Positions 29,256-38,928 of a stretch of DNA of 64,000 bases are shown piece by piece. Each line of letters begins with the position of its first letter. Position 1 is the stretch's first letter. This DNA is from an uncultured virus (IMG/VR IMGVR_UViG_3300045391_004154) (Duplodnaviria; Heunggongvirae; Uroviricota; Caudoviricetes). The notes below the pieces were generated by a model. That model made no database searches and was not told where the DNA came from. It saw only the letters and a list, made by a program, of their open reading frames with translations. The stretch is taken from the IMG/VR virus record IMGVR_UViG_3300045391_004154; one strand, given 5' to 3'. Both the position numbers and the translations under genes were made by a program.

Positions 29256-29551
29256 TAGATAGCTCCTACCCGCTTGAGGACGCGCAGCTGATACCCGATC
29301 GGGCAGCCGCCGAAGCGGTCCCAATTGAAGCCGCTGTAGTAGAGCTCGTTGACGCGCTCATCCATGATTTCTGCCTCCTCATCCGAGAAGGTCCGGACCC
29401 ATTCGCCGTTCACGGTGTTGCCGATGGAATTGGCGCTGTCCTCAAAATGATAGGCGAGGTTGCTCGCGACAAGCAGCTCAATGAAGCGACACGCGGCCGC
29501 GCGGGAGGTGATAGGCTGTTTAAACGATTCTTGAAAGGTGCTCGTGGTCAT
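29255..29551 (-). CDS. Hypothetical early protein
   Basis: AAGGAGG RBS; YHFED motif. Confidence 0.6.
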   Translation of the reverse strand: MTTSTFQESFKQPITSRAAACRFIELLVASNLAYHFEDSANSIGNTVNGEWVRTFSDEEAEIMDERVNELYYSGFNWDRFGGCPIGYQLRVLKRVGAI

Positions 29552-29562
29552 TGAAGACCTCC

Positions 29563-29859
29563 TTAGCGATTTACGATATGGAATTTACCGGCAGCAACCT
29601 GCGCCCTAACGGCGTCAAGCTTTGCGCGAATGGCGGGAGTGTCAAAGTCTACCGGCGCATTCCACAGGCCCTTGTGCGAGCGCGGGACGCAGAAGACGTG
29701 AATACCCACCATTTCGCGGGTCTGTTGATTGCGGGCCTGCGTGAAGACATAGAATGAACGATCGTCGCGGCCGGGGTAGATGTTGCCGATATAGCCGGTG
29801 GTCACACCGAGGTCGGCATAGTCCGCCTTGAGGGCGGCATCTTTATCAACGTAGGTCAT
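29563..29859 (-). CDS. Hypothetical early protein
   Basis: AAGGAGG RBS; first gene after the promoter. Confidence 0.6.
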   Translation of the reverse strand: MTYVDKDAALKADYADLGVTTGYIGNIYPGRDDRSFYVFTQARNQQTREMVGIHVFCVPRSHKGLWNAPVDFDTPAIRAKLDAVRAQVAAGKFHIVNR

Positions 29860-29882
29860 TGAAGACCTCCTTGGTTCTGTGA

Positions 29883-29920
29883 AGAGACTACACCACGGCT
29901 CTAAACAAAAGTAAACCCCC
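29883..29920 (-). promoter_or_regulatory. Leftward early promoter-like element
   Basis: Minus strand GGGGTTTACTTTTGTTTAGAGCCGTGGTGTAGTC, near-identical to 48217-48250. Confidence 0.65.
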
Positions 29921-29968
29921 TACATGAAGATATTTTAGGTGCTGTTTAAACGCTTTAATTCCAGGAAC

Positions 29969-30322
29969 TTAGCTAAACTGGAAGCCTCGGGCCTCCCAAA
30001 AGGCCCGCAAATCCAGGTGCCCGCAGGCCTCCCGGCGCAAGAGGATTACGTGACTTACCCCGACCTTCGCGGCCGTCTTGCGCAGGGACCAGCCCGTGCG
30101 GCGCCGGGCCAGGGCGCAGAGCTCTCCCACCGTCTGCGGAGGATCGCGCCACCAGCGCGGCAGCTCAAATTCCACCTGGTCGGTTTCGTGCTTCCAATAG
30201 GTGGTGCGGCCCATGCCGAGACGCGCCGCGGCGGTGGTCTGCTTGAATCCTTCGCGCCGGCGCCACAGCCAGAGCTGCTCGCCAAAGGTCTGGTCGGTGA
30301 GGTCTTTGTTAGTGATGTTCAT
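29969..30322 (-). CDS. XRE-family regulator with two HTH units
   Basis: WRRREGFKQ..AAARLG..R.TY.K.E and ARRRTGWS....AAKVGVSH. Confidence 0.7.
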   Translation of the reverse strand: MNITNKDLTDQTFGEQLWLWRRREGFKQTTAAARLGMGRTTYWKHETDQVEFELPRWWRDPPQTVGELCALARRRTGWSLRKTAAKVGVSHVILLRREACGHLDLRAFWEARGFQFS

Positions 30323-30750
30323 GATAAAATGAGACTCTTGATGAGTTGCGTGGTTGGAAAAATCTTGCTGCCGATGATGTACTGCTGCAGCGCACTCTGC
30401 GTCGCGCGCCGCTCGTAGATGAGCCGCAACACCATCGGCGAGACAAACAAATAATCGCGGTCCACCTGGATGAGCGTCGCCACCTTACCCCCTGCCTCGT
30501 GCCATTCCTCCTGCCACTGGACCTGCTCCAGGTAGAGCTTCGGAATGTTCAGGGGGGTTGTGGGCTTTGCTGGCCACTCGCCGTGCTTGAGCTCGAGCCA
30601 GCCGCTGCAACGGCTGGCGGAGCTGGGAATCTTGCCGGCCCAGGCGACGTCGGGCGTTCCCTTCTCGCAGCTGTTCTCCACGCGGTGAAGGCAGAGGAAC
30701 ACTCCCACCTTGTCCCGCATCGTCTTCCAGAGCCCGTCTTCGCTGCTCAC
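30319..30750 (-). CDS. PD-(D/E)xK nuclease / Holliday junction resolvase (VRR-NUC-like)
   Basis: RVEN...GTPDV...WLELK...EQ..W. Confidence 0.75.
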   Translation of the reverse strand: MSSEDGLWKTMRDKVGVFLCLHRVENSCEKGTPDVAWAGKIPSSASRCSGWLELKHGEWPAKPTTPLNIPKLYLEQVQWQEEWHEAGGKVATLIQVDRDYLFVSPMVLRLIYERRATQSALQQYIIGSKIFPTTQLIKSLILS

Positions 30751-31139
30751 TGCTCGGCCGCCTTAAAGAGAATGCCTTGCTGCTTGGCGCTAAGATATCC
30801 CTTCTGCGTAAACTGCTCGTGGAATGATTGAATGAGGTTTTCCAGATATTCTGGAAGCTCCTTGAATTTTACGGCCTCAAAGGCACTCCGGATTGCGGCC
30901 GCGTCCTTGCTAGCTGTTGGATTGTTGTCTCGTGGTAGCGAGTCGCCGCCGTCTTCCACCTCCGGCATGCCGTTATCCACCTTCACCAGGCGGGCGAAGG
31001 CGTCGGCCCAGGTGTAGTTGTAGCGCTTTAAGATGACATTGGCGAGCCGCAGCGCGGCGAGGGCCTCGTGGTCGTTGTCGCTGGTGGTCTGCGTCATCAG
31101 CTTTTCGAGCTGCCGGAAGTCCTTTAGTGACATGGCCAT
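30747..31139 (-). CDS. Hypothetical protein (DUF2786-like N-terminus)
   Basis: KLM..TTSDNDHEALAALR.AN; LSAKQ..L. Confidence 0.55.
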   Translation of the reverse strand: MAMSLKDFRQLEKLMTQTTSDNDHEALAALRLANVILKRYNYTWADAFARLVKVDNGMPEVEDGGDSLPRDNNPTASKDAAAIRSAFEAVKFKELPEYLENLIQSFHEQFTQKGYLSAKQQGILFKAAEQ

Positions 31140-31311
31140 CTAGGCGTGCTCCGTAACGCGCTGCACCTTCACCCACGGATAGGTGGTCTTTTCTCCGGTG
31201 CCGACATTATTTTCCACCACGGTAATTCCCAGCTGATCCTGTCGCAGCAGGTAGGCCTGGTGCCAATCCCGATTGCCGGGAGCAAATGGGCCGGTGAGAT
31301 AGACGGTAACT

Positions 31312-31578
31312 CTAGTCATAAACCTCATCCTCAAAGCTGGGTGGTTCAATCGGAATGTTCTCGAGTATCCAGGCCTCGAAGCGCTCGCGCTCGGCCGGTG
31401 TCAGCTCCACCTCGGCGCCCGTCACCAGGTTATGGGCCGAGATGACATTGATTGTCGGGGCCTCACCACCGCCATCGCAGATGCTGCCGGGGCAGTCGGC
31501 GTAGCCCTCGCCGTAGCTCTCCACCTCCCACTCCACCTCAACCTCGGTGCCGTCATCCTTCTTGAGCCTGACGGTCAT
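31312..31578 (-). CDS. Hypothetical acidic protein
   Basis: ATG at 31578 coupled to the upstream stop. Confidence 0.5.
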   Translation of the reverse strand: MTVRLKKDDGTEVEVEWEVESYGEGYADCPGSICDGGGEAPTINVISAHNLVTGAEVELTPAERERFEAWILENIPIEPPSFEDEVYD

Positions 31579-31991
31579 GGCGTCCAGTGCTCCGGATCGG
31601 GCACGCCGTCCATGCGTCGGCCGGTGTTGAGCTCCACCTGCACGGCGCGATCGTCCCAGAGCTCCACCATCCCGTAGTCCTTGGTGGCGGTGATGGCGAG
31701 CGCCCGGCCGATGTGCTTCTTGCACCAGCGCTCAATGTATTTGGCGCCGGCGTCCATCTCGCCGGGCGATGCCACGCGCGCGGTGAAGATGCGCACCTCC
31801 TTGCCCTCTTTGAGCCACGCTTTGACGCGACTTACCATTGGTATAATGGGTTCGCCAATGTGGTTGAAGCCGCGCCAGTGATCGTAATGGGCCAGGGTGC
31901 CATCCAGGTCCACCCCGATCCAGCCGCGATGCTTCGGTGAGGTAACTCGGGTCTTGGGATGCTTGGTGGTGGCGAAGTTCTTATTAGACAT
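31575..31991 (-). CDS. HAD-family phosphatase (PNK 3'-phosphatase-like)
   Basis: WIGVDLDGTLA, IFTAR, KD, LWDDRA. Confidence 0.8.
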   Translation of the reverse strand: MSNKNFATTKHPKTRVTSPKHRGWIGVDLDGTLAHYDHWRGFNHIGEPIIPMVSRVKAWLKEGKEVRIFTARVASPGEMDAGAKYIERWCKKHIGRALAITATKDYGMVELWDDRAVQVELNTGRRMDGVPDPEHWTP

Positions 31992-32589
31992 TGGTCCTGC
32001 TCTGCTCCATGATTTTAAAATAGACTTCTGCCGTGGCCCGGCAATCCACGACGGCCGAGTGGGCGCCGTCAAAGCCGTCCGGATGCACGAAGTGCTTGTA
32101 GGCCTCCTGCAGGTTGGGTGGCTTGTACTTGTCGAAGCCGGCCGCAACCATTCGCGCCGTGGGCGGCAGCTTCATGATCGGGGTGGCGAGCTCCATGCAA
32201 CAGGTGATCTTGCCGGGACCCGGATGCGAGGGCTGCCGGCCGTAGCGGTGAAAGGCGGTGCGCAGCACGGTCTCATCAAACTTCTGGTTGAATCCCACCA
32301 CCTCGGAGGCCTTGGCGCGCAGCTGCGCGAAGACGCTCAGCGCCGTGGCCATCGGCACGCCGCATTCCTTGGCGATCTCGGTGGTGATGCCGTGGACCTT
32401 GGCGGCGCCGTCCGGAATGGTGTAGCCATTGGGCTGAATGATGAGGTCGGCCGAGCAAATCTCCTTGCCCGTATCGCTCACCAGCAGGCACCCCAGCTGC
32501 ACCAGATGCGGCTGCGTGGGATGGCTGGGTGGCAGCGAGCTCTGCACCAGGCCCGTGGTCTCGGTATCGTAGATGAAGATCAAGCTCAT
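31984..32589 (-). CDS. DEDDh 3'-5' exonuclease
   Basis: YDTETTG, GFN..FD, AHSA..DC. Confidence 0.85.
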   Translation of the reverse strand: MSLIFIYDTETTGLVQSSLPPSHPTQPHLVQLGCLLVSDTGKEICSADLIIQPNGYTIPDGAAKVHGITTEIAKECGVPMATALSVFAQLRAKASEVVGFNQKFDETVLRTAFHRYGRQPSHPGPGKITCCMELATPIMKLPPTARMVAAGFDKYKPPNLQEAYKHFVHPDGFDGAHSAVVDCRATAEVYFKIMEQSRTNV

Positions 32590-34520
32590 TTGGAATTATC
32601 CTTGCTGGTTAGAAGGTCTGCGGCGCGTCGCAGCAGCTCGCGGTCGGGTGAGGAGAGGTTGGAAATGCGCTCCGGCAGCGAGCGAAGCTCGTTAGCAATC
32701 TCCACCTGATTCTTAGAGATATGACCCTGGCCGTTGCAGGTGCGGCAGTCGGTATCGACCGTCTCCCCGCACACCTTGCAGCCTATGCCTTGTAGCAACA
32801 TCAAGCCCTCGCTTTCCTATGGCTTTGAAATGGTGGCGGGGAGATACGGGTGCGACCGGATCAGATCATCCACCGCAGCGAAGCACTCGGCGCTGGTCAT
32901 CCTGTCACAAAGGTGATGGCCGTTGACGTAGCAGACGAAAAATCGGGCGCTTCCGTCTCTGTTGTGGATTGGCTTTATCTCAACCGACATATTTCCCTCC
33001 TAAATTCCGGGTGCAGCGGATGAACGGGGGAAGTCTCCGTTCCACTCGACTGGTCCGATTTCAAATTGGGGTTTTCCAGTGGCGCGGTTCCAGCCACAGC
33101 AAAGGTGTCCGGCCCGGCCTGCGTCAGGGCAGTTGACGCGCTCAAGGTCGTCATGCTGCGGCTCTCGTCCGGTTGCCGCCTTGAACTCCGCTGCGGTAAT
33201 CATCAATCGCTCGCTAAATGTAAGGTTTATTGGTCAGCTTCAGCCATGCCCGGCGAAGCCACTTACGCAAACGTCGGTTAGGCCAGTCCATGCTTGTGAT
33301 GATGACGTGACCGCCAACGACCTCGCCGCCTGCCCAATCCTCGTCCCAAACCATGAACAGGGGGAGTTGCTTTTTACTTTTGAACCCCCAGCGTCTAACC
33401 GTGTGCATATTTCCCTCCTTTAGCCTATCGCCTTCGGCATCGGGTGCCGGGGCAGTTTATGCCAGTGGGTGTAGCCGATGGGTGCGCGGGCGCAGGAATG
33501 ACCCGCACCGGGGCTGCAAGCGAAAAATTCCTGATGCTCAGGACTCCATTCGCATAGGTCGATCCCGAAGCACTCGGTCCCGTCCACGGGCCGGAAATCG
33601 TAGAACAGAAGAATGGGCGTTTCCTCGCCCTTCGGTGCGGTCTCAATCGGTTGCCAGTCGGTCAACATGAGGGCTCCTATTTCCGTTGCGGCAGCGGCTT
33701 GTGCGTGTCACCGCGCGTCAAGGCTTTCATCACCTGTTCCGGTGATGGCGGCTTGGGCGGAAAGCGCGGGCCTTCGTATGGGATTTTCACCATTTCAAAA
33801 CGCTCGCTAATTGTTGGGTTGAATGGCGGCTTCAAGCGCCGCGCGCATCCGGCTGCGATAATCGTTGGGGTCACCAGTGCCGGTGTCAAAACCCTGTAAG
33901 GCGCGGCTCACCATATCAGCGCTAACGATCATTTTATTGAGGGTAAACCGAGCACCATCAACAAAGGCGTCCTGCAAGTCCCCGTACAGTTTCTTCTCAT
34001 CGGGATACTTCGGATCGGCCACGAACCGCTTGGCGGCCTCCGTCATAGCTTCGGCAATTATCTCGTCATTCCTCATTTTCCCCTCCAATTATTTGCCGCC
34101 GTACTGCGGCGTCAGGTTTCCATCTTCGTCGTGTGTCCCAAGCTCGATTAGATAGCGGCGACATGCTTCCGGTCCGGCTGCAACCAGCCTTTCGGAATGT
34201 TCACGGAGCATCTTTTTGATCTGCTCGCATTGCTCTGGTGTGTAGGCCATCGGCAATCGCTCCTTAAAACTTTGGCCCGGCCTTACCGGACAACCAAACA
34301 ACGAGGCTGACGCCAGCCCCAAAACTTGCGAGGCAACCGCCACCAACAATTAGGATAAGTGACCAAGACATATGGGCTCCTTTTAATCCTTATCCTGCCG
34401 CGCCCAGCTCTTGCACTGGCGCTTGAACATCTCGCGCTTTTCGGCTGGTGTCATCCTGGCCAGCCGCTTCTTGGCCTTCGCCAATAGCCTTTCCAGGTCG
34501 GGCCGAATCTTCGCTTTTGA
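32586..34520 (-). other. Cluster of short hypothetical ORFs (e.g. 32586-32804, 33000-33206, 33214-33408, 33420-33668 DUF551-like, 33807-34076, 34089-34250)
   Basis: Tandem leftward ORFs with GGAG RBSs; WQPIETAPK..THW motif in 33420-33668; lower GC. Confidence 0.55.
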
Positions 34521-34525
34521 TTTTA

Positions 34526-36595
34526 TCACGAGCAGGCTCCCCAATCTGCACCCCGGTCGCTCTCCACCAGCACGGGCACCTTGAGCTTGATGGCGTTCTC
34601 CATGATCCGGGTAAGCTCCCGGCCGGCCTCGTCCGCGATCTTCGTTCGGGCGATTGAGCTGCCGAGCTCGTCGTGGACGGTCACCAGGAAGGGCCCAATC
34701 ACGTTAAGAATGCCGGCCTCATCCGCGTCCACCATCGCCTTCTTGGTCAGGTCGGCTGATGAGCCCTGCATCTTTCGGTTCATTCCCATGTAGGTGTTGA
34801 CGCGCTCAATGCCGCGCACGGTATAGCCACGGTACTTCCGAAAGCCGCGCTGCGCCTCCTCGCTCGTGATCCAGTAGTGCACGGCCTCAGCGCGATCGCG
34901 AAATACGGCTGCCGGAATTTTCCGCTGATAGCGCACCGGACCCCAGAAGGGAAAGCGCTGCTTGCGGCCCAGGATCGTGGTGACGTAGCCATTGCGCTGG
35001 GCCCAGTAGGCGCAGGCATCGAAGGTGTCCTTGGTAAAGGGCAGCTTCTCCTCATACTCGCGCACGAACTCCTCCGCCTCCTCCACCGAGCACCCGAAGG
35101 TCAGCGCCAGCTTGGGTGCCTGCGCGCCGTAGCTCTTGGCAAAGTTGGTGTTCTTGACGCGCTTGCGCTTCTTCTTGTCCTCGCGATCCACTCCCAGCAT
35201 GTCGGCGGTGAGCTTGTGGAAGTCGGTCTTGGGATCATTGAGATAGGCCTGGCGCGCCTCCTCCGCGCCGCGGCCCACGGCAAAGTGGGTCGTGAAGCGA
35301 TACTCAATCTGGCTGAAGTCATCGCGCTGCCACTCCTCCCCCTGCTCGGGTTCGAAGACGCCGCGCACCTCCTTGGCCACCTCCTGGTCCTCCTGCCAGT
35401 CGGACTCGCGCGCCGGCATGAATTGCAGGTTGGGATGCGAGCCGGCAAACCGGCTGAGCGAGCCGCCCTCATCATCCTTGCCTTGCTTAAAGGTAGGGTG
35501 AACCCTACCTTTATGCAAATGACCAAGTATTTGCCCATCAATGAAGGTCGTCACCAGGGTGTTGAACTTGCGGCCATTCAAAATAACGCGCACCAGCGGG
35601 TCATTCTGGTACTGCTCCAGAAATGGCTTGGTGATGGAATCCTGGCCATCGGGATAGGCTCGCGAGGGCTTCGTGCGCGGCACCTCAATTCCACGCTCCT
35701 GCAGGGCAGCGGCCAGGGCCGGCACCTCCAGCAGCTCCGCCTTGGGGCCGGCGAGCCGCTTCAATTCCTTGGTCCAGCGCGCTACTTCTTTCACGAAGCG
35801 GATGCGCAGCTTGGCTACCTTATCCTCGTTGATGAGCACGCCGCGCTGGCGCATGCGGACGAGCAGGGGGATGAGGCGGCGCTCCACCTCGTAGACCGTC
35901 ATCTGGTCGTCGGCCTCGAGCAGTGGCAGCTGCTTGTCGAGAATTTGCAACGGCCGCAGCGCGTCGGCCTCGGCATAGGGTCCCACCAGGCCCGCCGGCA
36001 TGCTATGAATGTTGCGCTTGATGGCATCCTCGGACGCGCCGAAGCCCAGCGCCTCGGCGGCCTCGCGCAGCAGGTTTTCATCCTTGCCGATTCCCAGATG
36101 GGTCTGCGACACGGCCTCGAGGGAATAGGAGTCGCGCCACTCGTCCAGGAGCGGTTCCGCCACGAGCACGTCGTGGAATACCTTCACGTGCTTAAAGTCC
36201 ACGCCCCAGCAGGTGGAGAGCCCGTCCAGGTCGTAGCCCAGGTTGGCGCCCACGAGCTCGCCGCGGTACTCGCTGGCCAGCTTGCGCATGAACTTGCTCA
36301 CCAGGCCGCGGTCCAGGTTGCCGCCGCCCAAATGATCGGTGGGCAGGTACCAGGAGCGCCCATCGTCGGTCGCCAACGACACGCCCACGGGCTTGGCGCC
36401 CCAGCGAAAGCCCGGACCCTTGGTCTTGAGCTCCGCGTCGTGGGTCTCGGTATCGATCCCGAGCCGCTTGACGCCGGTCAGGTTGATGGTGTTGAGGTCC
36501 GGCGCGGTCCACTTGATCTCCGGCTGGAACAGGGCCATCTGACCCATCTCCGCGGCCTGGAGGTGACGGCGCGCGCCGGCGCTGACCTTGCTCAT
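34526..36595 (-). CDS. DNA polymerase family A with 3'-5' exonuclease
   Basis: IDTET, NLGYDL, YAEADA exonuclease motifs; PNLQ, DFSQIEYR, K.TNF..SYG, VHDE. Confidence 0.92.
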   Translation of the reverse strand: MSKVSAGARRHLQAAEMGQMALFQPEIKWTAPDLNTINLTGVKRLGIDTETHDAELKTKGPGFRWGAKPVGVSLATDDGRSWYLPTDHLGGGNLDRGLVSKFMRKLASEYRGELVGANLGYDLDGLSTCWGVDFKHVKVFHDVLVAEPLLDEWRDSYSLEAVSQTHLGIGKDENLLREAAEALGFGASEDAIKRNIHSMPAGLVGPYAEADALRPLQILDKQLPLLEADDQMTVYEVERRLIPLLVRMRQRGVLINEDKVAKLRIRFVKEVARWTKELKRLAGPKAELLEVPALAAALQERGIEVPRTKPSRAYPDGQDSITKPFLEQYQNDPLVRVILNGRKFNTLVTTFIDGQILGHLHKGRVHPTFKQGKDDEGGSLSRFAGSHPNLQFMPARESDWQEDQEVAKEVRGVFEPEQGEEWQRDDFSQIEYRFTTHFAVGRGAEEARQAYLNDPKTDFHKLTADMLGVDREDKKKRKRVKNTNFAKSYGAQAPKLALTFGCSVEEAEEFVREYEEKLPFTKDTFDACAYWAQRNGYVTTILGRKQRFPFWGPVRYQRKIPAAVFRDRAEAVHYWITSEEAQRGFRKYRGYTVRGIERVNTYMGMNRKMQGSSADLTKKAMVDADEAGILNVIGPFLVTVHDELGSSIARTKIADEAGRELTRIMENAIKLKVPVLVESDRGADWGACS

Positions 36596-36786
36596 ATAGA
36601 ACGCTCGTGATGATAATCAGGAAGCTGCTCTTTAAGTTTTTGAATTGTCGCGCGCAGCTCCTTCACCAGGTTGAAGGCCTTGCGGTGGAGCTCGCGCGAG
36701 TGCCGGTCGCGCGAGGTCTCATCCACAAACTTGCGCTCGCAGAACTCGCACGGCACGCGACGAATGCACTTGATGGTTTTAGGCAC
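36592..36786 (-). CDS. Small C2H2-type zinc-finger protein
   Basis: GTG start; CEFCERKF.....RDRHSRELH. Confidence 0.5.
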   Translation of the reverse strand: MPKTIKCIRRVPCEFCERKFVDETSRDRHSRELHRKAFNLVKELRATIQKLKEQLPDYHHERSI

Positions 36787-37237
36787 GCAGTATACCCCGT
36801 TCCTCCTCGGTGAGTAGCCCGCTGAGCTGGTCCAAAACTGCCCGAGCTTGCGGAAACATCTTGGCGTCGCCAAGCGCCATTTCAATCAGCTCGCGATAAT
36901 ACCAACGGCCCTTGTTGAGGTCATCGTCGCCGTTCTTGTTCTTGTAGCGGCGGACGTATTTGAGGGCATTGCCAGCGGCGAACTCGGGTCCCCAGCCCAT
37001 CTCTTTGATGTGATCCCACGGTTGAACACCGCTGCCGTAGTGGGCGGCGCGCTGGCCGATCTGCGCCGCGTCACCCTTTTGGATTTCAGCGATGGCCGCC
37101 TCGGCAATAGTCTTGAGATAATGGAGGCGCTCTATCTGTTGCTCAGTATTGTCGGTACCAAGGTCCAGTACGGTGCCTTCACCGTCCTGGTTGTCTGCTC
37201 TAAGCATGGCCAACGCCACGTGTTCCCAGCTTATCAT
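36779..37237 (-). CDS. DUF3310 (SaV-like / putative nucleotide kinase) protein
   Basis: HY...VQPWD.I, F..GNALKYV.RY..KNG.DDL.K..WY. Confidence 0.8.
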   Translation of the reverse strand: MISWEHVALAMLRADNQDGEGTVLDLGTDNTEQQIERLHYLKTIAEAAIAEIQKGDAAQIGQRAAHYGSGVQPWDHIKEMGWGPEFAAGNALKYVRRYKNKNGDDDLNKGRWYYRELIEMALGDAKMFPQARAVLDQLSGLLTEEERGILRA

Positions 37238-37434
37238 TTTTTCAACTCCACCTCAATCAGGTTGATGGGAATGCCGCTCAGGCTCGAGGCGGTACGCAGG
37301 CGATCCTGGGGCGCGCCGTCGCGACCGTCGCGCACGTAGGTCACGGCCGCGGCCAGCAGCCGCTCGCGCTGGCGCTTGAGGCCCTCCTGCATGTCGCCGT
37401 CGGGAAATTGATAGATGGCCTGCTCACCGCTCAT
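37234..37434 (-). CDS. Small hypothetical protein
   Basis: AAGGAG RBS, ATG at 37434. Confidence 0.45.
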   Translation of the reverse strand: MSGEQAIYQFPDGDMQEGLKRQRERLLAAAVTYVRDGRDGAPQDRLRTASSLSGIPINLIEVELKK

Positions 37435-38425
37435 TTTGATACTCCTTCGGTAATGGGGCGCAGTTCTCGCCGGGCAGCATCTTGCGATATTGGCGCCAGC
37501 CGTCGAAGTTGCCGTGCTGCCTGCGGTTGGCCCAGGCGGAGGATATGATTCCACTGGGATCAATCATGTAGTCGGGACGCGCCTGGTGCTCGGCCGGCGA
37601 CGCGTGGATGGGCTCCTCGGGATCGTAGAAGTCGGTGCCGGGAATGTTGAGCCGGGCATAGGTGCGCAGGTCCTCGCCCCAGGTGCTGCGCTTGCCGGTC
37701 TCAAAGCTGGTGGTGCTCACGCGGGCGCAGCGCGCCACCGAGGTCTTGATGATCCGTTCGCGCAGGGCCTCGAAGTTATAGGTGCCCTCCTCCAGCATCT
37801 CCACCTGCAACTTGGTCCAGTCCATTGGTCCGATATAGGGCAGGTGCCACTCCTCGTCGCTCAGGTGCTCCGGCTCGCTGTTCTTGATCGCCGGCCAGAT
37901 GGCATCGGCCAGCGCCTTGAACTCCGGCTGCGCCGCCCGATGCAGCCGCAGGCCAAAGAAGTTGTCCCAGTCCGTGGCGGTGATGATGCCGTGCACCCAT
38001 AGATACGGCTCCAGCACCCGGTTGGCAATCTGCTTGTGCAGGCCCAGCTTGGCCAGGCTCTCGGCCTGGATGGCGGCAAAACCGGCGGCGGCGCGCCACT
38101 GGCGCTTGGCCATCTCGCGATCCGTCACGGTAAAATATTGTCCGTCCGTATCCATCACCGTGTGCTTGCGCGCGGTATCATCCAGCTCCTCGGCCGCCTG
38201 CATGCCGGCCTGGTTCTTGCCCCAGAAGACTGGCATGGCCGGGTTGGTACGAACCTCCTCCAGCATCTTGGCGACGGGCACGGCGCGGCTGCTGCGATAG
38301 TTGCGGCTCAGCGCGCGATGCGTGTTGATCTCCGCCAGGATGAAGCGGTGCGCGGTGACCTCTACCGAGGTAATCCGCTTGCCAGCCGGTGAGATGCTGT
38401 CGCAGACGACGTCGGCGCGAATCAT
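37424..38425 (-). CDS. thyX: Flavin-dependent thymidylate synthase
   Basis: RFILAE..THR..SRN..SSRAVP, HKQIANR.LEP, FF.LR.H..AQPE, SVARCARVS, HASP.EH. Confidence 0.85.
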   Translation of the reverse strand: MIRADVVCDSISPAGKRITSVEVTAHRFILAEINTHRALSRNYRSSRAVPVAKMLEEVRTNPAMPVFWGKNQAGMQAAEELDDTARKHTVMDTDGQYFTVTDREMAKRQWRAAAGFAAIQAESLAKLGLHKQIANRVLEPYLWVHGIITATDWDNFFGLRLHRAAQPEFKALADAIWPAIKNSEPEHLSDEEWHLPYIGPMDWTKLQVEMLEEGTYNFEALRERIIKTSVARCARVSTTSFETGKRSTWGEDLRTYARLNIPGTDFYDPEEPIHASPAEHQARPDYMIDPSGIISSAWANRRQHGNFDGWRQYRKMLPGENCAPLPKEYQNER

Positions 38426-38913
38426 GATTTTTTCTCCGTCGGACCAGCATGCACGGACAGGCTGGCGTTTGCATCGAGTTCCGTAAAACCCTCGCGCATC
38501 TTTCCGGCCAAAATATGAGCCAATGCGGCGCGCACCTGCGGCGTAACATTCTCGGCCATATTGAAGGCCTTCACCAGGGCCAGACGCTTCTGCAGGGCAC
38601 CCTCTTCACCATTGCGCTTGCGCTCCTCCTCTACGATATTCTCGCCCACGGCCATAGCTCCCGCTAGCATCGCGGCGACGAACACCAAATCACCGCAAGG
38701 AAACTTGGATTCATGGGTATGAGCCATCTCCTGGAGATGATCACGCACCTTGGGAGTATACATGACAAATTCCAAGGCGGCAGTACCCACGGCGGTCTTG
38801 AGCGGATCAATCGGCCCGTGCTTGGCGGTGTCGTCGTGCAGCGCGTCCTTGAAGGCCGCGGCGCGCACCTCGGGTGAAACATTCTCCATCAGCTTTTTCA
38901 GTAAATCACTCAT
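38422..38913 (-). CDS. Hypothetical protein
   Basis: AAGGAG RBS; coupled to thyX. Confidence 0.6.
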   Translation of the reverse strand: MSDLLKKLMENVSPEVRAAAFKDALHDDTAKHGPIDPLKTAVGTAALEFVMYTPKVRDHLQEMAHTHESKFPCGDLVFVAAMLAGAMAVGENIVEEERKRNGEEGALQKRLALVKAFNMAENVTPQVRAALAHILAGKMREGFTELDANASLSVHAGPTEKKS

Positions 38914-38928
38914 TGGTTCTCCTTGGCT

